Shown here: positions 13,205 through 26,069 of the stretch, in pieces
Position numbering within the stretch: position 1 is the first letter of the stretch
How the letters are laid out: each line of letters opens with the position of its first letter
Assembly: GCA_030704615.1 (NCBI GenBank)
Contig: CM060733.1
Span: 67,518,001-67,582,000, forward strand
Source: Takakia lepidozioides
Taxonomy: Eukaryota > Plantae > Bryophyta
Direction of reading: 5' to 3'
Length of the DNA: 64,000 nt
The notes under the pieces: generated by a model
Seen by the model: the letters and a program-made list of their open reading frames with translations, nothing else
Told to the model about the DNA's origin: nothing
Database searches by the model: none
Translations under genes and position numbers: made by a program

Positions 13205-14071
13205 TGGGGCCGGGACAAGGTGTTGTTCTTCGGCATGGACCTGAAATTTAATTCAATACTCTTCAGATGTATATCATAAGTCTTGAATATGACATGATTC
13301 AGAGTCACCTCGTGTAGAGTAATGTTTAATTTAGACTCAGGTTCATGAATCCAATTAACATTACAGATTCGTTCATAGGGAAAGCACACAAAACAACCCA
13401 AAAAAACAGCTATGTCACGATCAATAAATATCCCAATAAGCATTCAGTAAGCTAACACTAATGAAATAACTCATCATATTATAACTTCAATCCAATTGAA
13501 AACACTCATTCCATAGCATCTTCTTCATACTCTTGCTCATTTGAAACATGAAACATTTCTTCATTGATTTTGTAGAGTCAATCAATCAAGTCCACATAAT
13601 TGAATTCACTTCAATTCTCATAAAAGTAATTGTTTTACTTCTCTCTCCTTCACACAACATTAAATAATACAGAGCCTTCTCTCTCAGGTCTCTGGAACTA
13701 TTGTCATATCTCTCTATTGCTAAGAACTGAAAACTACGAACTAACAGCTTTGTGCTAGGGCCTCGGCACTCTCGCTCAAATGACAATGATTCAGCTGAAC
13801 CTTCCCCCTTTACACTTCCTATTCTAACCGCCATAACTACTGTAACAAACTTTATCCATCCAATACTATTTCATCCATCTAACTACTTCTATCCATCCAA
13901 TAACTACAATTTCCTCATTCGAGATATATTGATAGTATGTATTCAACATGAATGATTTACATCCAAACTAAGAGTATATGTCATTACATCCATCTAAAAC
14001 TTGATATCTATACTCAAAATAAAATAGACTATTAATCCCATTATTCTACATAGCCCCACTCCTACTATGCA

Positions 14072-14170
14072 GGAGGTTTACTATTTCATGAGCAGAAACC
14101 ATGAGCCATGAGCCGCATGAGCCGCATGAGCGGTGAGCCGAAGTCTAAGATACGCGGATTTCATGAGCGG
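14072..14170 (+). repeat. Left TIR plus subterminal CATGAGC repeats
   Basis: catgagc repeated several times directly inside the terminus. Confidence 0.85.
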
Positions 14171-14916
14171 ACTCCTCCAAATTTGGAAATGCGGCAGATT
14201 AAACAAGTATTAAAATAATAGTTTTTTATTTGACCTTGCCGTTTTTGGACGTTCCAGATCATGTAATGCGGCGAAGATATGTCGTCAGTAACAAGTCCGC
14301 TCATGGTTTTTTAGATCCGCTCATGGAAATAAATGACCGTGCAACGGGAAATCCAGTATACCACTGCAAAAGGACGTCGCATACTGGCCTGTATAGAGTA
14401 TTCCGCGGTTTTACATGCCTTAACATTGGAATGAAGCTGACCCTTTTGCCGCGATTGAACCAATGGAGTCTGCACCAATACAGTCTGCAGTACTTCACAA
14501 TTATGTCTTCTTCGGGTATTCGGCGAGAAAGGTTTGCAACTGAACTGGGAAATAAGGTGCCGCATTAGGGTTCGCACGTGCGAAATTTCGGAGCGGTTTG
14601 GTGTTGGCGAAGGCCGCCTCTACCAGTACCTACGACGATACTTGGAAATGCGGCGCCGCATTTCCTTGTCGGAGGTCGAATAAGGAAAGCAAGTTTTCGG
14701 AAAGCAGAAAAACATGAACCCTCCAACATACAAAAATACATGCACGTGGAAACAAGTGAACGATATAGTAATATCTTAGTTCGAGCAAAACAGGTTACTG
14801 GTAGGCAAGACATAAGTCGGACCTTTCTGTGGCCAGACTCTGAGGTACTGGCAGCAGTACAGTTCTACTATCCGAAAAGGATGGGCATACCATTGTATTG
14901 GGACCGCAAGCCAAGC

Positions 14917-17900
14917 TCATTGGTCCCCTGGATCCATATTCAGAAGAGTGTGAACCTCCTGGGGGCTCAACCCTGGTGCATGTATGAAGTGATGAGTTGT
15001 GGAATTACAACGGAGTCTCTTTAGGTACACGTAGTACAAATGCTTGCAAGGGCAGTATGATGCCCCCTTGTTCGCCATGATCTGGAAGTCGGTGCAATTG
15101 CAGGTGGATAATTCTGAAATGGTGATGGTGTACACCTCATTGCGAACAGCTGAGCCTACCGTGGCCATCTGATACACACGCCCGAATCTTGGTGGGGGCA
15201 CTTCTGTCGAGCTCTGGATTGTACAATTCATCCGAAGTGCATTCCCCATCCTTGTCTCGTTCACTTTTGAGGGAGGTCGCCGCCTCTTCGGTTTCCCCCA
15301 ACGGTGTGTAGGATGCTTAGAGCTGTCGTGTCCCATTGTTCTTGCTCTCACAGGGGTCGGTGGTGGAGGCTGTGGAAGCGGAAATGGTTGTCTTGGGACG
15401 TCAGTGCGCTGCACCATCCGAAATCCTGCGGCGGTAAGGGCGTCGGCCTCAACCTGACTCAGATCGTAGCCTGGTTCCACTGGCCACACCGGGGGAGCCT
15501 CTGGCATTGTTTGTATGCCGTACTTGGGCTTTCCATACACGCAAGTCATAATGTCGTGCCTGCAGAACCAGAACTGGGTGGTTGTCGCCTCCGCAAACTT
15601 TGCATGGACAAATCTTCCTGTAAAAGTAGGAGCAGGGACAGCCCCATCTGGATTCCTCCTTATCATCTCTAAACAACGTTGCCGTGTATCCACACGAATT
15701 GCGGAACACCTTCCTCGAAACGACGGCTTTGTGCGAGCAATTCTCCACTGTGATGCAGACACAGTCGTCTCCACAATGGCTTGGCCATACTGCATAACAG
15801 CGGGCGGAATCTCGGCAAGGGAGCGGTGGGAATTTCTCGCACGAAATCCCCGGTTGAAGGCGACGGCGATCTGGAATTTCTTGGGCTTCCACTGCTGGAA
15901 GACACATTGTGCGGCAACATGACGGGACCTCGAGGTGTTGTCCGAATGTTCCTGTCGGATCTCCAGGAATCCTCTTCGCACCCGGGTTCCTCTTCAATCC
16001 TCCACCTCACAGGGCGAGTCCGGACGTCCCCCTCTAGGTGTTCACCTCTGCGGTGCAGAGGCGTCCTTTGATCTTCTCTCGCAATGTTGTCGCCCATTTC
16101 AGTGGATTCTTGGACCTCGAAGCTGTTCGTACCAACAATTCCTCCCTGTCCGGCCCAAAGCCCCATTGTTTGCCGCTCAGGAACTTGTAGTACGTGGCTT
16201 GCTGCATGATTGCTCTGTCGATGTCCTCCATTGTGGCCGTCACTATGTCCACCAGATGTGCGGCAGAAGACGCTCGCCAGGAGGAGTGGACCGATTCTGC
16301 CATATTCGTGTTCGGCATGTCCGTGTCGGAATCCAAGCACCGCTCCTAGAAGGACACAAACAATGGTGAGGGACCAATCGAAATGTCCGTAACAGAAAGA
16401 CAAATGAACGAAAATGACAGCAGCCTACCTCCCGCATGTACTGTCCGAACTGTCGATACCGAAAATGCCACCACCCCAACCAGCTGTGCAATGCTCCCAG
16501 ATTGGTTGTCTCCACTGCACCTGACGTGTTCCACCAAGCCTCATGATAGCAAACTTAACCTCCGCGTCATCAATGTGGGTGCATCCTTCCACGCCGTACA
16601 AAGGACACGGTGTTCAGCCTGGAATGAGCTAGCAACAAATTTGGTAGTGTAGTGGGATAGACTCTGCATCCAATGGAATCCAAAGATCTCTCTTTCCCCT
16701 CCATTGGAACATTGGGGTCCTCACCGTACACACGTCGCACCGCTGCCCAGTTGGCCTGAGCGTTGTCTGCCATGAATCCCCTGAAATTGGGCTCTGGCAA
16801 TCCCGCCGTTGCCATCTGCTCGTTTATGCCCTCCCACAGATGCATCTCGGACTGTGTGTCCTCCCCTTTCATCTCGCAGATTGCAATCGTCATGAGCCTC
16901 TTGGAGTGATAGTCATAAACATGCGCACCCTAGTCACCCACTGATGGTTTGTAATTCGCTTGATGTGATCAAACATCACCCAAGCATTCGACAAGTTTCC
17001 AATTGTCATGCGAGTGACCAAGTCGACTCCACTCCCAGGCCCACACGTTGACATTTGAAAATGTAACAACGATCGGATTCACTGCCTTGCCCTGGAAACT
17101 TGCTACCTTGGATGTGTAGTCATATCCAGTCATTCGTTTCACCTCCAGGATTGAGTACATGTCCGACCCCCTGCCGAACTCCTGCTTGCAAGATACGATG
17201 TGATTCTGCACATTCGGACTACAAACGTGCGAGACGGACTCCAAGAGGTCACGCATCTCCTCTTCGGTTCAAGGGCTCTCGGTCGGAACCATCTTCAGAC
17301 ATGATTTTGCCAAGAGCAATCTTGTGGGCTGCCTTCAGCTGAATCTGCTTTGGTCTGGGCTCCCGGGGCTCAATTTCACCTCCTCTTTTATGATGTCGTG
17401 TGCTTCCTACACAGCCTCAGCGATGTTGTCTTCTGCCAAGGGGTGGCAGTGGACCCCAACGTGTATGCAAGCTCTAGTCAAGTCCGGGAGGCAAATGGAT
17501 TACGTAATATTGCTTGGCTCTGCACATGGACATGCACGTCGGTGGTTCTTTGCAATGTGCACACTTGAAAGAACCCGCAGGAGCTTGGCTGAGACAATGA
17601 AGATGATGCGTTGTGCCAGTCCAATCCGTTCTGTTTCTCCGCCCTCCTTTGGAGAGAAAGTGGAAGCAGGTGGGATTGAGGCACCTCAGCTTTCCCGCAC
17701 AGAGGACATATCGTACACGAACACCATCAGCAATTTTCGTATGCTACTGGTCTTCGTCACACACCAGGGTGTCCGTCATGCTTTCGATCCATGTCTGTTA
17801 ACATCCCGGAGGCTTTGTTTGACGAAGAAACAGGTGGAAACGCGAAGATGACATTGCCATCGACTTCGGGAGGCAGAAACGTTACCTTTCTGACTGGGAA

Positions 17901-18340
17901 TTTGGCATAGTCGAGAGCAGCCAGCTCGGAGCGAGAACCATCGAGGTGATGTTGTCGTAGGAGCTGCACAATGGACCGGGTTGGAGTTATGCTCGTGGGC
18001 ACATGCGTAGCACCTACAGAGACGTCCATGCCGGATTTGACGACCGTGTGGAGGACATGGGGACCTCAATGCAATCATCTTCCTCGTCGGAAATCGAATG
18101 TCGAATACGTCCACACGAGAAGCTATGGAGGGTCTTGACGGTCCAGGTCGGGAATGATTATCGTTGCATACCTCTCTGTTGGCAGTGGCCGCCTGTCGGT
18201 TTCCGGACTCCTTGTGGATGGTGGTGTGGGCAGCGACTGATTCGGAAAGGGAATGGGCATTCCCACAGCTCAGTAGTACAGGATGGGTGTCTGATGGGGG
18301 TACGTGCCATTCGATTCCGCAACCTCCGTCGATACTAGCA
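14917..18340 (-). pseudogene. MULE/IS256-superfamily DDE transposase with an N-terminal Cys/His Zn-binding region and a C-terminal SWIM finger (frameshifted; start uncertain)
   Basis: Read across frames: WVMFDHIKR (D1 ~16969), FMADNAQANWAAVRRVYG (D2 ~16766), FHWMQSL (CxxH position), NTNMAESVHSSW (E ~16296), SWIM CNCTDF...CPCKHLYYV (~15040-15105), N-terminal CAHC...HVGVHCHP. Confidence 0.85.
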
Positions 18341-18913
18341 CGACAATGGTCTCGTCAACCTGCCAATGAACATCCTTCCTTTCTTCTCAAATAAACTGTG
18401 CCCGGTTTGAGCTTGAATTTGGAACAAAGGTAAGTTTCAGTCACTCTGCAAAGTCCTCCCTCGTTTGGGATCCAGGCTCTCCCAAGTTGCGGAGGACAGC
18501 AAACTATAGCGTAGGAATTCGGAGCCATCGAACAACCGCACGAAGTTGGCAAGTGCGAGGTTCAGTATAGCGACAGACCAAGGCTCACAGGCACCATGCG
18601 GAGTCCATCGACGATTGGAAGTCGCACACATTGAAGTGGAAGTATTGTTTCAAGCTACATGCATGAAGGTGGGAGGTGTGATTCCATAGCCAGTAAGTAT
18701 GACAATGATGGCCGATTCGGCGACGAAATAACATCTCCTGACAGTTTCTTGAGGGTGGATCCAGCAGTATTCTCGGTGGCAGCAGGAACGTTCGCACTGA
18801 CAAGTGCCAGTACTGTTACTTAAAACGGTCAGACAACCAAGTTGTTGTGCTCATCAAGACTGGCCGCAATTGTGTTGTTTCGGAAACAATGCAACCCATT
18901 CAGGTTCAGCATG

Positions 18914-20510
18914 CGGAAATGAGGTTTCCAGAATTCCACGTCCCGAGTGATTCTTTCGATTGCTGGTGGACGAAATACGGCGCCACATTTCCGTATTGCA
19001 TCTTGGTCATGCACCGAGCGACGGAAATGCGGCCCCGAGTTTCCGTCCGGGGAAACCTTTATACTCTCCAGAACGGAAATGCGGTAACGCATTTCCATCC
19101 AGCAAGCACGGTAGGTAAGGTGGTACGGAAATGCGGTACCGCATTTCCGTTAAGTCAGTAAAAAACCGCATTTCCGTTCTGATTGAGAATTATGAACATC
19201 GGGAACAGAAATGCGGGCAACGCATTTCCGTCACAGTCGCACCTTCCGACATACCAGAACAGAAATACGGCGCAACATTTCCGTTTTATATCGCGACGCA
19301 TGGAGCTGAGGGATAGGAATGCTGCACCACATTTCCGTCCTCACACGACATTCATACTCTCCAGAACGGAAATGCGGTAACGGAATTCCATCCAACAAGC
19401 ACGGTATATGAAGGTGGAACGGAAATGCGGTACCGCATTTCCGTTCTGATTGAGAATTATTAACAACGGGAACATAAATGTGGCACCGCATTTCGTCGAG
19501 TCGCACTTTCCGACATTCCAGAACGGAAATGCGGCGCCGCATTTCCATTTGTATCTGATGCATGGAGCCGAGTGCAATCCCGACCGCTTGGACATTCATA
19601 CTATCCAGAACGCAAATGCGGTACCGCATTTCCGTTCTGACTGAAAATCGGAAACCATCGGAACTGAAATGCGGCAGCGCATTTCCATCCGAGTGTGGAC
19701 CTCCAAACATTTCAGAACGCAATGCGGCACCGCATTTCCGTTCTGAATGAAAAAGCGTGAATGTGATGTGTGGATGAAAAATCGGAAACCATGGAATGCG
19801 GTACCGCATTTCCGTCGGAGTCGCACCTTCCGACATTCCAAAACGGAAATGCGGCGCCGCATTTCCGTTTTGTATGTGAGGCATGGAGCTGTGGAACGAA
19901 AATGGGGCACCTCATTTCCCGCAGGGTCAGACCTTAGTACTCTACAGAACGGAAATGCGGTACCGCATTTCCTCTGACTGAAAATCGTGAACAACGGGAA
20001 ACAGAAATGCGGCCACCGCATTTCCGTCCGAGTCGGCACCTTCCGACATTCTAGAACGGAAAGAGGCCCCGCCCATTTCCGTTCTGATGAAAAATCGTGA
20101 AACTCGGACGGACTGAAATGCGGTACCGCATTTCCGTCGGATTCGCAACCTTCCGACATTCAAAACGGAAATGGGTGCGCCGCATTTCCGTTTTGTAGTG
20201 AGGAGCATGGAGCTGTGGAACGGAAAATGCGGCACCGCATTTCGCCAGGTGTCCGGACCTCAATCCTCTACAGAACGGAAATGCGGTACCGATTTCCGTT
20301 CTGACTGAAAATCGTGAAGAACGGGAACAGAAAGCGGCACCGCATTTCCGTCGAGTCGCCACCTTCCGACATTCTAGAACGGAAATGCGGCGCCGCATTT
20401 CCCTTTGTATTCTCATACATGGAGCTGTGGGACGGAAATGCGGCACCGTATTTCGTTCAACAACTAAGGTATGTGAAGGGAGAATGGAAATGTCGCACTC
20501 TATCTGACTG
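18914..20510. repeat. Phased array of ~30 palindromes GGAAATGCGGNNCCGCATTTCC at ~53-bp period, with ~31-bp spacers falling into a few recurring classes
   Basis: Perfect palindromes at 19127, 19421, 19525, 19845, 19951 and 20381. Successive units at about 19845, 19898, 19951, 20004, 20058, 20115, 20167, 20222, 20277, 20330, 20381, 20434. Confidence 0.95.
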
Positions 20511-20843
20511 AAGTGGCATGAGGCGGCGCGGCCTGACCGTTGGATAATGATGTTTGTTTTTCGGACGGCAGGCGTACCCTGAACGATTCGAATTTCGTAA
20601 TGACGCAAATCCACGAGGAGACACTTTCGTCCAACCCTTTCGAACCCAAGTGGTGCATCACCGCCGTTTCATCTACTTTTGTCGTGTCTCCTCTCAGTCA
20701 CCCTCTCGCGCCCTTTCCATCTGCACTCTTTGCCCCTTTTCCCTCTCTCTGTTCTTCTTATGCTCGAACCTGAGAGGGGGGTTCGTGCACCAGACAGGAG
20801 ACCTCGTCGCAAGCTCCGAAAATTATACTTCGGACGTAGGCCA

Positions 20844-23800
20844 ATGCCGAAGGGGAGGAAGCAGATGCGTCTACAGGAGGAGATTGCCATCTCCGAGCAG
20901 CAGGCCACTCAGGCAACCCAGCCACCAGTGAGAGCTCCATGCGATCGGGCTGCGCGCAGCTGATCGAGCACCGAACCCCCCATTTTGCTTCTGTAATTCT
21001 TAGACTGAATGCTAGGAGACTTGAATGCAGAACATGTTTGCATGCCTAACAGGAAAGGTGGACGTGCTGGAGGGATCGCAGGAATCCGAAGAGCCGCAGG
21101 AAGAGTCCGAGGAGCTAGCTGCAGCACGTACACCCACCCGATCCCCGAGCGCGGGTATTCCTGCCGGGCCTAGCCCTGTGCGATTCAAAGACGCGGCTTC
21201 GAAGGCAAGTTCAAAGCCCAGAGATCGACTCGCGTTCTTCGGTCATGGAGAATCGCCAGCAGGGGTCGGGCCCTTCTCCAGCAAAGTCGAAGAAGAAGCA
21301 GCCCGTCCCTCTACTGGTTTCTGAACCGGCTCAGGCCGATTCACCCCCCCCAAACGCGAATGAAGCAGCAGGGTAAAAGACAGATTCAATTGCAGCAGAC
21401 ACCTTCACCTGCAAGGATGAGGAAGCAGAAGGCAATCAGGGCGACGGCCGAACAATCTCCCGCAAACCGCTTCCACGAGCTGAAGCTCAGTTCCTGGAGG
21501 ATTTCCCGCCTGCAGATGTTGGGGCCGACTCTGCTGCAGCGAAGGCAATGGGATCGACCGTTTCTGTCGATTTGGTACCGGAGGAGGGTGCTGCCGCTCA
21601 ACGTTCGCAGCAAGACCTCACCACCGATGAGCAAGCAGGCCCGGAGGAGGCCTCTGCAATGGCAGAATTGCCCGCAAACAGGCCCCAGAGTGCAGCTCCA
21701 GTTGAGGATGCTCCAGCTGCTCAGCCACTACCGGCACCTACAGACATGTCTCCGGAGGATTTCAAAAGTGCAGCGGATAAAATGTTGGAGGAGACACACA
21801 GTAGCATTGGCAGAGTTCTGGGCAGCAGGGTATTCCAGCGGACTCTTCGAATCCCACTCTGTCGCATGGTCTCCCTTCCCATCGTCAGGCAGGCCCTTCC
21901 CGGAGATGTGGATAAGCTCAAGTTCGCATTTCGAGAAGGGTACCGTCTGGGATCGGCAGCGTTTTACGTTTCCATTGAGAATGAGGACGGCGAAACTCGT
22001 GGACCCACTGCCGATGAATTGTCAACGTGGGATACCCACTGGCACACTCGCAACGACGAATTCGAGGCGACGCTGAAGGGTGATCCAGACTTCGGCCATA
22101 TGTCGGGTAAAATGTTCTTTGTGTGGGACGGGAATCACCGACTTCTCGCCTGGTGGGAGTACATCAAGCAGAACCATGCCAAGCACATTGGCTGGCATTA
22201 CATGGTGGAGTGTGTCATCCTCAAGGTGAAGGCGGCAGACTCCTCCCTGCTCAAGAATGCCATGGCGGACCTCAACTCGTAAGATACTCATACCCTCCCT
22301 AGCACGTTCGAAATGCGGTGCCGCATTTCGGTTTCCATTCTGGTTTGTTTCCGTGCTTCCGTGTACTGAACTGGAGAGTGTGCCTTGCAGGGTCACTGAG
22401 AATGCGTACGTGCATACCCACATGGCACATATGCTGTACAGGGTGAGGAAAACTGGTCTCACTGATCCGCAGATGTTTGCGGAAAATGCTGGAGCCCGAG
22501 CTCATTCAGAAAGCCGTTGCAAAAACAGACCGGACATGGTATCGTCTCACTATGGATGGAATGGTGGAGGTGATATACGAAGTAAGTCGTCCTCCAATTT
22601 CCCTCTGCTCATCCTTCCCCAATTTCCAGTAATCTTTCCACATGAATCGAATGTAACGCTTCTGCATGTTTTTGTTGGCAGTCAAACATCAAGCTGGATT
22701 TGGCCCATGCCAAACGCTTCTTCATGGAAAGTGAGGGGCAGGTCAAAACGTTGCAGTCATTGACTGAGCACTTGAAGGAAGCCGGTGTCAAGTCCAGAAC
22801 CAAATACAAGTCAAAGCTTGTGAAGCTGGTGGCAATTGCAGATCCGGCACTTGGAAAGGACTTCATCCCCGAGATTGCAAAACACTATTCTCGGGCCATG
22901 CAGCCGACCATGCAATTGGAGAAACTGCATCACCTCTCAACGGCATGTGTGAGGCGAAGAGAAGGTGAGGTTTCAATGCACTGAAGTTCCTTCCTAGCAA
23001 TAGCCACTCTTTCCAGCTCCTGACATTGGATCGGAAATGGCAGACACGGTGGCTGTCGATCTGGAATGCATCCGAGAGCATAAGGACAATGTGGTCTTTT
23101 CCACTCGAAGTTTCCGACCCTGCAGTGGATGTGTGGCTCAACCGCATGACTTGGTGGTTCCAGGTAATTCAAGGTACTTCCCCATTTGCTTTTCTGAAAT
23201 GAATTCCCTGAACTGCTACGTGACAATGCATTTGGGAATCGCAGGTAATGTCGAATGCGAAGGAGCAAGTCGTAATGCACACAAATTCGTTCGGCTTGTA
23301 CGTCAAATGGGATGGAACACAGACATTGGAAGACTACGTGACACGTTTCAGATGTGCGTACAAGGACAACCTTTTCGCCAGAGAGCTACAGACAGCAAGA
23401 AGGAGCGTGGAGTTTACACATCAGGAGGGAGCGGGGAAAGCTGCAATGCGAATTGTTTACAGGTGAAGCACAGCTGCCCTTGTATGCGAAGCCTGGTTAC
23501 GAGGTTTGTCTCGGAAATGCGGCACCGCATTCGCATTTTATGTTTTCGGTGGCACTCTGCGAGTAGGTTGGTCTCAACTTTGCTCACGCATGCTGACTGC
23601 CTTGCAGGTATATGAAATACGTGCTCCTTCAGACAGGGGCCCTGGCTCAAGAGCCCCCGTTCTTCATGGCTTGGACCGTGGCGGGCCCAAGCTGTGTCTA
23701 CACACCCGAGATGCAGAAACAATGGCATCCCGCGCATCTCGTTGGATGCCCGTGGTACCTGGACATGTCTGGCGGTATTGTTGACGAGTCTGAGAAATCT

Positions 23801-25934
23801 GCACGCCTTGGCAGAAGAGAAGAAGGAAAGACGTGTCCCTGCTGGGCCAAAGTCGGCAAAGGAATCTGCTGCTCTGGAAGAATCCAGAAAGGCAGCTGAG
23901 ATGGCACAAAAGACGGTGGATGCAGCTGTGCAGGCCCAAGAAGGGGTCGAAGAAGAGGACTCGCCAGCAAGGAGCAGCTGTTGTGACACCCGCCAAAACG
24001 AAGAAGCAGAAACAGCCTGTTCAGGAAGAGGGTGAGGAAGAGGACTCCGATGGAGACTTTGCAACCAGCCCACCCCCCCAAACGCAGGCTGCCTCCCCTG
24101 TGCCCACCGTTGTCACGAGAGGCACGAGAACTGGCTCGGCAAAGAAGGCACTCTTCAACCCCCCAGGGGGGCACCCTTTCGAGCCGGTGGAAATGAAGAG
24201 GCCGAAAGTGGCTCCCGAAACAGTAGTCCAGTGTGTAAATGAGAGTTTCTTGGCGGCTTTGGATGGACGGGCAGCCAAGTTGGCATACATGAAGACCATG
24301 GAGGGTCTGAAGGGCAGAGCACTGAAGAAGGCGACTGCCGAAGAGCCTTCCGACACCCAGGATTTCAGAATATGGTCTCGTTCTTTGAGAGGGTGTGTGC
24401 AGACAAGGATTGTAGGAGGGGCGGAAATGCCACCGAGTGGTCTTGCGATATGATCATCTTGGATATTCCGGACGGAGAGCCTGTGGAAGGACTGCAAGCT
24501 TTGCCATCTTGGAACAGGTACTCGGAGGACTTTTGGAAGAAAGGATTCGGGCTTGCCCGCATGGTGTTGGACGACAGAGGCTGTGTGGTTGTCCTGGCGA
24601 GCAGAGGAAAAAACACTCAGACAGGAATTGCGAAGTGGACCCGCAAGAGCGCCGTCCCGATTCTGAAAAAGAAGTGGACGTGCATCAACACACTGGGCCT
24701 TCGGTCGGAAGGGAAGAAGGTGATTACGACACTGGCACTCGTCCATTCATTTGCTTGGGTGTTTTCAAATGCGGTGCCGCATTCGGTTTCTAATCGTTCC
24801 CCCCTGTGTATGCAGACGAAGCAGTTCGATGCATACTGCTTTGTGAAGGAGAACTCCACCTTTGCTTTCCGGAAGGAGGGAGGAAAGGTTGACCCGAACT
24901 GCGACCCCCTCGATTACGACGTTCTGTTCAACACGTTCCCAAGGAACTTCTCCCTCATAGCCTCACACTTCAACGGAACCCCTGCGGTACTCACGGACTC
25001 GGAGCCCTGCCTTCATTCAGACAATTATGGAGACATGCACAGACGTGGAGGGCACAGTGCTCGACCTCATCTGTGGGACAGGTATGCAGAATCTTGATCT
25101 ATGCTGTTCTGCAAATTCTCGTTAGGATGTAGTTTCGCCATAATGTGTGGATGGCATTGTAACAGGTGCCTCAATGTGGGCTGGGCGGTTTTCCGACCGG
25201 CACCTCTTTGCCTACGAGGAGGATTCATCCCGTGTGGGGATCCCATCTGGAAGGGCTGCAACGGAATGTTAAGGCTCCCGACAGAGCGGAAGTCTCCTCG
25301 GATTCGTCGGAGTCCGAGGAAGACACAGTGGACATTGATGCGGAGGAGAACCCGGAATACGAGTGAGTGCAAACATTGTAAGTTTGCAAAGCCTTCTGGG
25401 TCATTTTTGTCAAACGAATTTCCCGACTGTGGTTCTCATTAGTCTCGTTGATGATTGTCATGTGCAGGATTGCAGGGTCCGGGTCGAAACATGTAGGGCC
25501 TACACTTCCTGCCAGGAAGAATGTCCCGTTCTTTGCGAGGGCCGACTTCATGACGAGCCCGGTGAGGGACTACTCCCTTCCTAGTTATGCAGCTAAACTC
25601 GCAAATAGCGATTAGAAGAAGTGAGAATCCCAGTAAAGTAGAGCAGATTTTGGAGAGGGCTAGGGAGGACAGAAGGATAAGGAAAGAGTTGGCAGCAGCT
25701 CAGACAGGTAGACGGGTACGAAAGTACATATGTGATTCAGCGGATGAGAGCGACGCAGACAGGGAGGAAGACGACCCAACGGAGGTGAGATGGACAGTTC
25801 CGCAAGGGGAAGATGGGATTTTCGAAAGCCTGGCCAACGAGCAGTCCGCTGGAGATGAGAAAGGCACTGAGGGGGTGGAGGCGGAGCAGGACAGTCTAGA
25901 ACAGGATGAGGATTCGGATGATTTTCAAGATTAA
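20844..25934 (+). CDS. Multi-exon gene: disordered N-terminus, ParB/Srx-like domain, helical region, beta-class N6A/N4C DNA methyltransferase-like domain and acidic tail (several frameshifts in this sequence)
   Basis: ATG at 20844. GT-AG introns, e.g. 22279-22390, 22581-22681, 25082-25165. FFVWDGNHRLLAWW (DGNHR 22127-22141). Motif IV-like DMIILDIPDG (DIPD 24462-24473). Then RSPAFIQTIMETCTDVEGTVLDLICGT|GASMWAGRFSDRHLFAYEED across the 25082-25165 intron (motifs X, I, II). Confidence 0.75.
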
Positions 25935-26069
25935 TAGAATTTTAATGAAGTCTCTGTAAATGTAAATTCTCTTCCAGAGTATATAAGGAAATTCTCCCCG
26001 ACATTCGTGACCCCTCCCAGTGTGCATTCCAGCCACACAATCGCCCAAACCACGACGCTCCCAAAATCA

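Noticed and set aside
18914-20510. CRISPR array (palindromic ~22-bp repeat with ~31-bp spacers)
   Set aside because: Spacers recur in a few classes rather than being unique, repeats are degenerate and also dispersed in introns, no cas genes are present, and the context is eukaryotic
18829-20614. Overlapping ORFs such as 19231..19884, 19596..20159 and 20051..20614
   Set aside because: They are translations of the palindrome array (EMRYRIS, GNAAPHF) on both strands
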